Assembly (NCBI RefSeq): GCF_021869535.1
Contig: NW_026262667.1
Coordinates: 8,618,001 to 8,682,000 of the forward strand
From: Mytilus californianus
Lineage: Eukaryota
Reading direction: 5' to 3'
Length of the DNA stretch: 64,000 nt
Positions 1 through 11,010 of the stretch are shown one piece after another; within the stretch, counting starts at the first letter, position 1; every line of letters starts with the position of its first letter. The position numbers were made by a program, and so were the translations under genes. The notes below the pieces were generated by a model. It was not told the DNA's origin. It did no database searches and saw only the letters and a program-made list of their open reading frames with translations.

Positions 1-139
1 TTTCTATATTACCCAAATATAAATACATCATTTTTTGTCTAAATTAAGCGTTGCCTAAAAAGATACTAAACGTATGTTTAACTTATCATAAAGAGTATGT
101 AAAATGCTACATAATAACATTAACGGTAAGTCTGGTGCA

Positions 140-190
140 CCAGATGCGCATTTTGACGATCAATATCTCTTCAGGGATGATCGAGGACAA
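140..190 (-). ncRNA. Degenerate minimal type I hammerhead ribozyme relic (Penelope/retrozyme-type repeat)
   Basis: Minus strand reads CTGAAGA-GAT-ATTGATC-GTC-AAAA-T-GCGC-ATC-tggtgc: CUGANGA core, short stem II, minimal stem III with palindromic GCGC loop and AUC cleavage triplet. The catalytic GAAA is mutated to AAAA, so it is probably inactive. Confidence 0.45.
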
Positions 191-879
191 AATATTCCAA
201 AATCCAACAGCTAATACAAACGTTGTAGTACTGATAAAACCCAAACAGAAAAATTTAAAGCCAATCCCTGATAATGAAGAAGGCTCTTAATTTAGAATAA
301 TTTTCAAATAATATAATCGTGTCTTCGATTTCTTGTATTAAGTCCAGTTAAAAATATAAATCAATTTTGAATATTTTACTATATGCAGAGTCATTGGATC
401 AAGAAAAAAAAGGTCCAGCCATTATTCCGTAATAGGACAAAATGCCGGATTTAGAAATGTAAGGGATTTTTTTTAGTTAGTATCCTGTGCTTCTTTTGTA
501 AAACAAAATTTCTTGGTTGCAGCACAGGTGAAAATGTTGATTTCTAAAACAAGAAGTTACATAAGTTTTCTAAAGAAATATTGCAAAGTTCATATACCTG
601 CACAACCAACTGCGATGAACAGTGTAACAAGACCTACTGCAAGGTATACCCATTGATCTCCACGATTCAACAATATCTTAACTGTTTGTACGCCAACCTT
701 ACTTCTATCTGACTCATTGGAAAATGTTTCATTCATCTTATGTAATGTTTATCTGTTATCAATTAAAAAAATAGATACATATAGTATTGTTAGTTTAAGC
801 AATATATTCAGATAAATCAACACATAATGATATATTATACACTTGAAATAAAAATCTAGGATTCAGAAACAAGCAAAAT

Positions 880-1320
880 TGCTTTTAAAAATCGGTGTAT
901 ATTGGACAAAATAACAGGAAGTGCGTATTTGTTTATATATCACCACAACGACAGTTTCGGGAGTCTACTAAATTATGATGGAATAGGTGAGAATTCAATG
1001 AATTTAATTCATTCTTAAGCGAGCATGAAGAATTTGACCAAGACGATAACCTACGTAGTAATACATTGGGATCTTACTATTTTGGTGCGAATTTTTTTTT
1101 TTTTAAATGGTAGAGATTCACATTTTCTTGTGATCAAGTTAAGTGTCTTCCAATGTGTTGTTGTTGGTGGGAGAAAATATTCAGAATTCAGAATATAAAC
1201 AGGTCCGTGTGTTGAGTTGTATAATTCTGTTGTCTTGTATAATGGTCATGTCTACTTCACACAGAATCAGGCATTAAGTCTCTTAAATATTCTGGAGTTA
1301 TATCATTAAAAATTTTGTGA
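880..1320 (-). mobile_element. Degraded 3' fragment of a CR1/L2-like LINE ORF2
   Basis: Minus-strand translation with stops and frameshifts gives KIFNDITPEYLRDLMP..., LHARLRM.NSLNSHLFHHNLVDSRNCRCGDI*TNTHFLLFCP, the typical C-terminal region with CxC...H...C knuckle. Confidence 0.6.
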
Positions 1321-3189
1321 AAAATAATTAATATTTTGTTGCATCGTCTATCAGATAATTTTTCCCACCGAGTTTCCGCATATAAATTATTGATACTGGT
1401 AAGTTTAGTACCCCTTGAGACGATACGCCAGCATCAAGCTGGATATTTTCAAGTGTAGTAATAAAATTGTGAAGTATTGGTTGTAATATGAAAAACATCA
1501 TGACTCATTAAATTCTAACTCAGTTGAATATTATATATTTAAGTAAGCTATTTATGTTGCATTTGATATATGCCACAACCTGCTGGAGTACTTGAGGCCA
1601 CCATTGTTTTTGGTAGGTTTCGGGCTGCTGAAACTTCAGTTCTATATGTAGTGTTTTTCTGAACTGTTGTTGTCTCTTCGTCTTTTCCTCTTCGCTAAAG
1701 TTTTTCTGTTTTTCTTCTCTTATGTATTTTTATTATTCCATTGTAACTCGATCGTCCCTTTGTAACAAGCAACGAATATATTTATTATCATATAGCCGGA
1801 GGTATACAGTATTAAGGTTGAACTGTGATACTAGTTGAAATTGTTCGTTGTCCATGATATATGAAAAAGTTGATGTTAGACCAATCTGATATGGATAGAT
1901 ACGTGCGACATCACTTGAAAATGTTTATTTACTCTGCTGTTGTTTTGGTTTAAACCATTAATCTTTTGTTTTAATTACATGTCTAGAACTAGACATTTAA
2001 CTTTATTTTACCGCTGGAATAACAGTTCAGTTTAAAGGGATAAACATCAGGTTTTTTTCAAGATATATAACGTAACATTTACCGGCCAATCCATCAGAAA
2101 ACTATTGTACCGTCCCTAGGCCTCCAGTTTGAAGTGAAACGTGTAAAATGTCTTGAATGTACATTGATGTTATGACTCGTTTATCCAATTGTCTTGAGGA
2201 TGACTTGGTATTTAATCAAATGACAAGAAATAGTTGTTATTTTAAGTTATGACGCGTATAGACTGTCATATGATATGCTATCTAAATAAAGAAAAAATCA
2301 CTTTTATGACGAGGAGGATTGATTGTCAGTTTATTCAATGCACTTTTCCTAAACATTTTTATTGATGTTTCATTAACTACGTGTATGTTCTTGTTAACTT
2401 TCAATCGCATGTTGTCTACGTGTGTTTATATTTTTTAAAGTTTGAAACAGCGTTATTCTCTGGCATGATTTTTTCGGTTGATACTAATGATTTTAACAAC
2501 ATGTGCGATAATTTAACTGTTCGGGAATATATATATATATTTTAATAAAAAAAAAAAAGGGGCATTGATCCATAGAATAAGGTTAGATATGTGAAATATT
2601 CGAAGACATCAAAATTGAAAAATAAGATCAATTTTTGAAAAAAAAAAAGAAATAAAAATAAAAATCTCCAGATTTTAAAGTACATAAAACAAATACTTAA
2701 AAGATTAGATAATCCATACATTCAATTTAACATATCAAAATCTCATAAAAGATATTAAACCTTTGGAAAATTGGAAGAAATATTTTGTTTTAGAGCACTT
2801 GAAAATCTACATTATTTTGTATTTTCAAGATGTTTCGTACACAATATAAGTTCAGATACTTTTAATTGATTATCTTATTAATTGTCAGAATGGAACACAA
2901 TATAAAAGTGAATTCATTCATGACACAAAAATGAACAACATCCTTAAACACAATTCACAATGCCCAGAGCATCTTAAAGTCACAGTGAGGTTTGAAACGA
3001 AGAATTCACTAGAATAAATAAGTCAGATTATTTCGTGTCGCACATTTTTTGTAAAGGATCAATTTGTCAATGTTTTTCAAACTGAACTGTATTGTTCAAA
3101 TGGATAATTATGTTCCAATTCTAATAAACACTACATCCCTTTATATAAATTTCTTGAAAGTGACATCATCCAATAAGGCTTATAACCGA

Positions 3190-3955
3190 ATTTGTATTAA
3201 TATCAGCAACACGACGGGTGTCACATGTGGGCAGGATCTGCTTGCCTTTTCCAGAACATCTTCGAACAACCCCGGTTTTTGGTGGGGCTATTGTTGCTCA
3301 TCTTTGCTTTTTCAACTTTCCAACTGTCAACGTCCCATTTCTGAGCAGCAACATACCCTCTGCTACATCGTATGGTGTTTGCATATCTCAGTTAAAATGC
3401 TACAACCATGCATGTTCACGCCATACGGACTTCATTAACATGGATGTGCTTCTTACACAAAAAACTGATGCAACAGAATTATGAGGAAGAACATTGAAAT
3501 CGACACTAAAAAAGTGTTACTGTCACAATCACGAATTGGTTGACCGATATGATGTTTTGGCGTCTCAACTCACTAGCAACATGGCAACATGTTCACGCGG
3601 TCTTAGATCTTTACATATTAGTATCGTCGTCTGATCTGTAACTTTACTGAATGTGTCCTATTCCCCGAGTTTGAATTTGCATGGCGGGTTGTTCATGCAT
3701 AGCAGGAGAGGCTTATTTTCGGCACGACCGGTCTCGCTCCACTTAGAGGTTATGCGATGCCCTCATTTTCTGAGGTATTACCTTGATTGTTATCTTCCTA
3801 ATCGATTTACGTGATTTGAACATCAGTAAACTACAATGTACTGTCGACTGGGTTTGTCTTTTAGACGTTTTTCGTTTTTCACATGGCGTTGACAGTTTGT
3901 CTTCTATTTATGAATTTGAATATGCCTTTGGTATCTTCCGCCTCTCTTTTATTGC
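3190..3955 (+). mobile_element. Penelope-like retroelement 3' fragment (RT C-terminus flanked by 3' tail pieces)
   Basis: ORF 3218-3484 carries NFPTVNVPFLSSNIPSATSYGVCISQL, matching the motif in the longer copy at 35.4-35.6 kb. The tail ggcgttgacagttt...cctttggtatcttccgcctctctttt is shared with 35014-35080 and 6375-6430. Confidence 0.7.
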
Positions 3956-4904
3956 TTCTTGTAGCTATATAATGTGATCTCCTAAGTAAAGGTTTATACC
4001 CTTATTTTCACGATATAAAATTGTACCGAACGAATAAAATCGTAACATTATATATATACAGTTTAAAAATTAAAAAAGACCCATTCTGTACGGTACGATT
4101 GTGTTTTGTATTTGTTTTCTTGGCTCGATAGTAACACTAAAATGTCAAGCACAAGGGCGTTTAAGGTCAACTTCAACGAACGAATATGAATAAAAAATAC
4201 GAAATTATAAACTCAATCCATAATGCTGCATGAATAAACGACATAACAAAAGTGCTTAAGAAAAAATAAAATGATGAACTATCAAATACTTATAAATTAC
4301 ATAGTGTGTTTCTGACTTCTGTATTTTCAACAAATTTTCTTGGGTAACTTTAAACTCTTGCATTCAGTTATCAACGTAATAAACATTATCTTTATACAAA
4401 TCTTGATTTGAACGATAATGTTGTAGACGAATGTAAAGCAGTGGAAATGTTTGATGAATTGTAGATAGAATATAACAACATTATATCTAGAGTAAAACGC
4501 TAGTTACGTCTGCTTCTGATTGATGATTGATTGTTAGTTGCTTAACGTCCAGTCAGTGAGTGGCAAATATTTCATGCATGTTCAGGACGAGCTTCTGATT
4601 GAATATTTGTTTTTTTTTTCCTGACAGAAGAAGTTATAATATTTAAATTAAACGTCAATGCATGAGAAGGCAACACAACGACATGTCAGACTCAACCAAA
4701 TTATACAAATAAATGTAATCATTGTGTACAGGCAATCAAACATCGTTCATGAAGACAAAGCAATATATAGCTACTAATGAAGTACCCAATTTCTTGACTA
4801 CATTCTGTTTCTCTGTTTACCCAAGAATATCTTACGTCATTTGAACGATGGTAGATAGTTGTGTCTTGTTTAAGATTTAATTTATATTTCCAAAATTTTC
4901 GTTA

Positions 4905-5200
4905 CTTGGTATGAAAATGTAATATTTTTTGATACTTAGTATTTTAATACAATATTTTGCTTACTTAGTATTACAATGTCATGTTTTTGATACTTAATTA
5001 GTATTACAAAGTAATATTTTCGATACTTAGTATTACAATGAAATATTTTGCTAACTTAGTATTACAATGTCATGTTTTTCTTACTTAGTATTACAGTGTA
5101 ATTTTTATTTGGTTACCATGATTAGTTAGGGTTCTTTTGAAATACAATACAATATTTTGGTTACTTATTATTTCAATATAATATTTTGGTTACTAAATAG
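4905..5200. repeat. AT-rich minisatellite, ~29-bp unit (tacttagtattacaatgtaatattttga-like), roughly 9 degenerate copies
   Basis: Recurrent tacttagtatt(a/t)caat motif visible directly. Confidence 0.7.
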
Positions 5201-6039
5201 TACAATTGACAATAACGGTACCAATGTTACTGCACCATAATGATATATGTTGGATACTGAAATAGTTGTATGAATTGTATAAAACATTGATGAACCGCTA
5301 ACACAGAAAACACATAAAAGATATAGTATATTATATCAAAATAAGCAAATAACATATCAGGAAAGCAACTTAATTAAATCTTCAAACATCTTTAACTTAT
5401 TTTAATTAGAACACCTACCTTATGTTCGATTGATATATATATATATTATTAAGAGATCCAGGAATATAATCAGCGATGACACAAGCTTCTTACTACTGAA
5501 GCTAAGAACACTACATTTATTGATAGAAATGTAATTTAAAAATATTGCAGTTCAGTAAAGATTGAAATGTTGATTTTTGTGAATATATATCTCTTCTTCC
5601 ATTAACATGTGTAGAAATGTTTATTTCCTTGGAGAGAAAGAGAACAATATAAAACTGTATCTGTAATTGAAATGTATAATTTATAATGACGTCACGTACA
5701 ACTTTATAATGTATCGGTATCCATTAACGTTGTTCATGATACTTAGAAGGTTAAAATTTTGACACTGTTGATGTACGACTTTTCAACAGTTTAAATAAGG
5801 ATTTTCCGAAAACCTATTAGTCTAATGGCTATAAACTCTGTTAAAAATTAAAAATAAAAGATAAAAGGTACGAACAGGTATCAATATAAATGTGTGAGAC
5901 TTTTCAGGAAAACGAATATCGCATGTCGTCACCAAATAATATGAAAAGAAAGGACTTACTTCCATGTTTCAAACAAAACAAATGTTCATGAATTAAAATA
6001 ACAGGTGTTTTACTTTATGTCTTGTAGAAAAAATTCAAA

Positions 6040-6165
6040 GATACCAGGCTTATCATTTTGCACTACAAAAGACTCAGCAGTGACGCTCGAATTAAAAACG
6101 TAAAAGGCCTAATCAAGTACGAAGTTGGTGAGCATCGAGGACCCAACATGAGAAAACCCTTTGCA
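6040..6165 (-). mobile_element. Fragment of a hammerhead-bearing interspersed repeat (internally deleted)
   Basis: Minus strand gagcgtca-CTGCTGA-GTCT-tttgt-ag... is the 5' half of an HHR. The flank ataccaggctta is shared with the copy at 7052-7120. Confidence 0.4.
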
Positions 6166-7051
6166 TCATAAAAATTAGGAAATAAGAAGAAGTGGTATCA
6201 TTGTTTTTTTGTTTTTTAATATGTAAAGCCTATTTCAAGGATTTTCGTATGAATCTATCAATAGAGGAATGTTGCTACACAGAAATGTAATGTTTACGAT
6301 GGGAAATATTAATATCGTCTCTTTTTTTCGTACAGTGTAGTTCTCAACCTAATTTCTTTCTTTCTTTTTTTGCCATGGCGTTGTCAGTTTATTTTCGAAT
6401 GTCCCTTTGGTATCTTTCGCCTCTCTTCTAGATGTAATTAAGTCAAGCTATGAAGCAGACTGAAATGTCTGACCTGACAAAATGTAACATTATGCTATTA
6501 GAGAAAACAATTTTTGGGACAGGGGATTGTGAAGACTGTTAGTGTTTGACATTACAAAGGCAATTGATTATGAAAAAAGTACAAAATTCTTCAACAAAGA
6601 TCAAAAGCTAGCAAAAGCAAAACATGTCTACGAAAAATACCGAATTCCAAGGCATGTTTAAGAACGGGGAATTCCATAAAAATCCAACGAACCCAAACGC
6701 TCAAATGAATCAACCATTTGAACAACTGGATACCAACTGTCATGTTTTTGACTTGGAAAAGACATTTTCCGTACAAAATAGTGTGTTCAGCCTTGTTTTA
6801 TAGTTAGCTAAACCTCCCACTTGCATGACATATGTTTACTACAAACGCCCTTTAAAGCAAATTTGTGAGTTGCTCCGGAAGTTGAAGAAGTACCTTCTCC
6901 AAGAGTAGCATCCGCCTTGCTCCTCATTATAAAACCATCTATGATCAGTCGATGATGTCACAAAAGTTGAACACATTATCGGTTATCTGTAATGCAGATG
7001 TTCCCTACTTTTCAATCAAACTATAATGGCGTCTCTTAAAGTCTTATTTAA

Positions 7052-7120
7052 GGAACCAGGCTATAAGCTAGTACGCCAGATGTACGTTTCGGGGACAAAC
7101 ATCACATCAGTGGGCTCTAA
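7052..7120 (-). ncRNA. Degenerate hammerhead ribozyme relic
   Basis: Minus strand gagccca-CTGATGT-gatgtttgtcccc-GAAA-C-GTAC-ATC-tggcgtac: GAAA and palindromic GTAC loop retained; core A9 and stem II decayed. Confidence 0.4.
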
Positions 7121-7122
7121 TA

Positions 7123-8065
7123 ATAAACTGTTATCACAGAGATATGTCTCGCCTTTTTGTAATTTTGATAATGCAAATGTTGAAATTAAAATAGCAATAC
7201 TTTAACATGTAAGTTATGCAAATATTCAAAGTCGATGAACCATGACTGAAGGTACATGGCTAAACAATCTCCATGGAATGAGATGTGCCAATGCTAATAC
7301 AACTGCATACCAAATACCATCGACTTATTATAAGTCGTTCCCTTTAAACACACCTAAACACAAACATTAACTTGTACACTATGTAAAAGTTTCAAAGTCA
7401 ATGAACCATGATCAGGGGTGGGGCTATATAATCTCCATGGAAACGATACTTGCAAATGCCAATAAATTTGCACACCAAATATCATTGACTTAACATAAGC
7501 AGTTCATCTTAAACTGATCTAATCACAAACTAATACATGTAAAGTAAGCAAAAGTTTCAAAGTAAATAAACCATGACTGAGGGGGCGGGACCAAATATTC
7601 TCCATGGAAATGAGATGTGCTAAAGTTTATACAACTGAACACCAATTAACATTCGCCTACCACTAATGGTTCCCCTTGAACTGACCTAATCACGAACTAA
7701 TACATGTTAACTTAACAAAATTTTCAAAGTCTATAGACCATGACTAAAGGGGGGGAGCCAAATAATCTCCATGGAAATGAGATATGCCAATGCTTATACA
7801 ACTGCATACCAAATATCATTGACCTATCACTAGTGATTCCCCATAAATTGACCTAATCACAAACTAATACATGTAAACTATGAAAAGTTTCAAAGTCAAT
7901 AGACCTTGACTGAGGGGGCAGGCAAATAATCCCCATGGTAATGAGATGTGCCAATGCTAATACAACTGCATACCAAATATCATTGACCTACCACTAGTGG
8001 TTCACCATGAACTAGACCTAATCACAAACTAATACATTGTTGACGTCGCTGTCGATATCGCAGTT
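7123..8065 (+). mobile_element. Helentron/HINE-like non-autonomous element with five ~167-bp internal tandem units (3' hairpin missing)
   Basis: 5' end aaactgttatcacagagatatgtctcgcc is nearly identical to 20598-20630. Units start with aagtc(a/g)at(g/a)aaccatgactga at ~7229, 7396, 7561, 7727, 7896. Confidence 0.75.
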
Positions 8066-8794
8066 GGAAGGCAGTTTAATTTTAGTATTTTAGTGGATTA
8101 TACTATGTTTTATCTCACCTGGCCCAAAAGGTCGTCGTCGTCTGTTAACTTTTATAAAAATTAGAGTTATTGATTTTTAATAACGAATTTTACTATTCTT
8201 TTGCGTTTTTGCCTACTAGTATCTTCAAAACTATATAGTATAGACTTTTAATAGACAAAATGATCAGCAAGACAAGATCAAAAAGTAAATCTAATGGCCG
8301 ACACATTCTTTTAGAGCCTCTAGTTTATGCATAATTATTTTGGTGAACAATCGTTGAAAGCACAAGAAACATTTATTTGTTTTATATATAACATTGCTTT
8401 TATATCATGCATGCATCTGATCGAATTCAAGCTCCTTATTTACTAGGTTTCGCTGTTATTTGTTTTTAGTTGATTATAAAGTTTCTTTTATATCAAATTA
8501 TTTCGTGAAATGTCACTCAAGGCAATAAAGATATACAACGTTGATTAAAAAAACATCTGCTGTTATATGAGACATATATTTCATCGAGTTCAAGGAATGT
8601 TAAATTTGTATCTCTACCGGATTATGCTTTTTTTTTTAACTAGTTTCTTTCTGGTAATTATTTTGTTGAAATATAACTTAGCAAAGTCATGAATCTTTAA
8701 TAAAAAAAACATCTGCTGTTAAATAAAACTTGCATTGCATTGAATTAAATTGTTATAAAATTTCCTTTATTATATGCATCGCGATTGTGAACAC

Positions 8795-9200
8795 TTTATA
8801 ATCCAGAAAAGCGCTTCGGACGCATACAATTTATAAAGTGCTGTATTCAATTTTTACAGCACAGGGTCGATACCGCTGGTGTTCGACTATCAGTACCTGA
8901 AGGTATCATCGGCTCAGTAGTCAGTACTTAGCTACTGACATGATTTATAATTAACCTGTCTTAAATTGTCCGTTTAGAAATGAATGAATACGTTATTAAG
9001 ACACTAAGTTAAAATTGACTTTAGATGGATTTGGCTATCATTTTTTTATGTCCCTTTTGGTCATATAGCACTTCAATTGTTTCGGTTCTTATACATCCTT
9101 GGCTTTCAAATATTCGGTTTTTAGCGTTACTGAGGAAGGTAGTTCGACAAAAATGATTCAGACGTACACAATTTATAAAGTGTTGTTTTATTTTGTTAGC
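8795..9200 (+). mobile_element. Retrozyme-like relic: two hammerhead remnants 342 bp apart in direct orientation
   Basis: 3' half of an HHR (atcca-GAAA-A-GCGC-TTC-ggacgc) at ~8801-8823 and a decayed full HHR (gcgtta-CTGAGGA-aggtagttcga-CAAA...) at ~9124-9165. Each is followed by caatttataaagtg (8827 and 9169). Confidence 0.45.
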
Positions 9201-9438
9201 CCACATGTAGTTAGACTTTACATGTTTGCTGTACCATGTTATGTGCTGGATTATAGCTCATATTTGTATTTTTTCAACTTTTATAACTACCGGTATTTAA
9301 GTTTAAATGTCACTAAAAATAACAAAGACATTTATCTTTAAAAATAAAGTAATTTGGTTGTTTACAGTGATTTAACATTTTTATATATATTATTCTCCCT
9401 GGAATTCTATTTATATAGGGACACGGTATTAATTCAAT

Positions 9439-9593
9439 GGCGGATTGGGGGGGGGGGGGGGGTGTTCCGGGGGTTGGACCCCCCTTTTTTGACGATCAAT
9501 GCATTTGAATGGGGACATATAGTTTGAACCCCCCTTTATCCTAGGTTAGGAAACCCCCCCCCCCTTTTATAAATGGCTGGATCCGCCCCTGAA
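9439..9593. mobile_element. Short MITE-like repeat with GGCGGAT.../...GGATCCGCCCCTG ends and G/C tracts
   Basis: Imperfect terminal inverted repeats ggcggat / atccgcc, with internal poly-G and poly-C runs. Confidence 0.5.
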
Positions 9594-9805
9594 TTTAATC
9601 ATGAGCCTACTTCGTACCAACCTAGTAAATTAGAACTGTCGGTCAATATGCTGATCTAAATGTGCTTGATTACTGTAGTCAACACTTTAGATTCTATGCT
9701 GGCAACAATAATTAATATGAAGACTTGTTTGTTATAGTTTGTTCATATATATGTTGTGCTGCTACACCACTGTCCCAGGTTAGGTGCCCTTAAACATGTT
9801 TAACC

Positions 9806-9965
9806 ACGCCACAGTTGGTGGAGTGGTCTAGGGCGCTGGACACAGTGCAGTCGGTGTTGCCACGATATCACAGTAGTGGTTCGAATCCCGCTGAGAGAAG
9901 AACAAAAATTTGATTACACAAATTTGCAAATCTAACATTGTTGGGCTAAATTTAGACGAGTTGTA
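9806..9965 (+). mobile_element. tRNA-derived SINE
   Basis: A-box TGGTGGAGTGG and B-box GTTCGAATCC, followed by a non-tRNA body and an (AT)n tail. Confidence 0.6.
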
Positions 9966-10591
9966 TATATATTATGGTGTTGGCCTTGTATAACCACTGG
10001 CAACCCCGTCTGCACTATGTCCAGCGGGCTAGACCACTCGATTAAGCTATATAGAAATATAGCTTTCGTTAGTAGAGTATTGCCTTTCCTCATTGGCTTT
10101 ATCTAGGATTGTAACACAGTACATGATGTATAATGGCAAGTAGGATGGTATATCTTTCAGATCAGCTATGTTTTGTCCGTCGTAAGGGATGATAATGTGA
10201 TTACCATGCCGTCACATCAAATTTTAATTTTGTTACTTTTAAACAACTTAAAGACAGATGTTCTCCATCGGATAATGTGTGGTTATACAGGGCTAACACC
10301 ATATATTTATATATTGCTATTTGCAATGACAATACCTTTCTAGTACTTACCTATACTGAGCATAAAAAGTTCAGCAACAAATGTTTTTAAATTTTCAATT
10401 TTATATTTAAAAAAAAACAATACTACTTAGTACTATACATATATAAATACATCATTGTAACAAAGAAAGTTAACCATAAGGTGCAATTTTATCCTCAAAC
10501 AAGTTGGAATATATAAAGATTCAAATTTAGCTAATTTATAATTCATTTTTTTGTTCAATTAAACTGTTTGTTGCTAAACATTTTTCCTCAG

Positions 10592-11010
10592 TATATGATG
10601 TATTTGTTGTGCCTTTCCTTTACTGGAATGACTTCAATGCATTCTATAGGTAAAGGAACAACTTTATGTTTTAGTCCACTATAACAATTCCAGATAGTCT
10701 AGCTTCCTAATGATATGTTCAGTCTTAAGTTATGCTTTACTAGGTAGATACATAGGAAAATGATATATATGTTGACAAAACACTACTTTCTCTGGAATAC
10801 ATATTGGTACAGATTTCAAAAAAGGACCTTGCTCATTGAAACAGTTATTTCACTCCCAAGTGTAAATTATCAGATGTTTTGTTGACACTGCTGAAATGTC
10901 GTGATGTCCAGATGTGTATATATTTTATAGTTTTCTTTGGTGTTTATCCTGATTATATGTACCGACCTCTTTCCTTCTATATCAGTGATGACAAAAACTC
11001 CAAGCATTAA
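10592..11010 (+). CDS. Possible last two coding exons (10592-10649, 10931-11010) of an unidentified membrane-protein gene
   Basis: Good acceptor tttttcctcag, donor TATAG|gtaaag and acceptor tattttatag. The joined frame reads YMMYLLCLSFTGMTSMHSI-VFFGVYPDYMYRPLSFYISDDKNSKH*; AATAAA at 11186. No family recognised and upstream exons not established. Confidence 0.3.

Noticed and set aside
598-636. 39-nt minus-strand candidate exon (GLVTLFIAVGCA, ccttgcag...CAG|gtatat); the plus strand gives a Cys-rich alternative
   Set aside because: No partner exon could be linked within the window, so it is left unannotated. It may belong to a gene extending off the left edge.
950-1308. Apparent plus-strand exons (FGSLLNYDGI / GPCVELYNSVVLYNGHVYF...)
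   Set aside because: Acceptors are weak, and the minus strand of the same region is a recognisable LINE ORF2 3' relic.
9806-9890. tRNA gene candidate (A and B boxes); likewise 36470-36553 and 60572-62680
   Set aside because: No cloverleaf acceptor-stem closure; each continues into a SINE body and tail, with TSDs in two cases.
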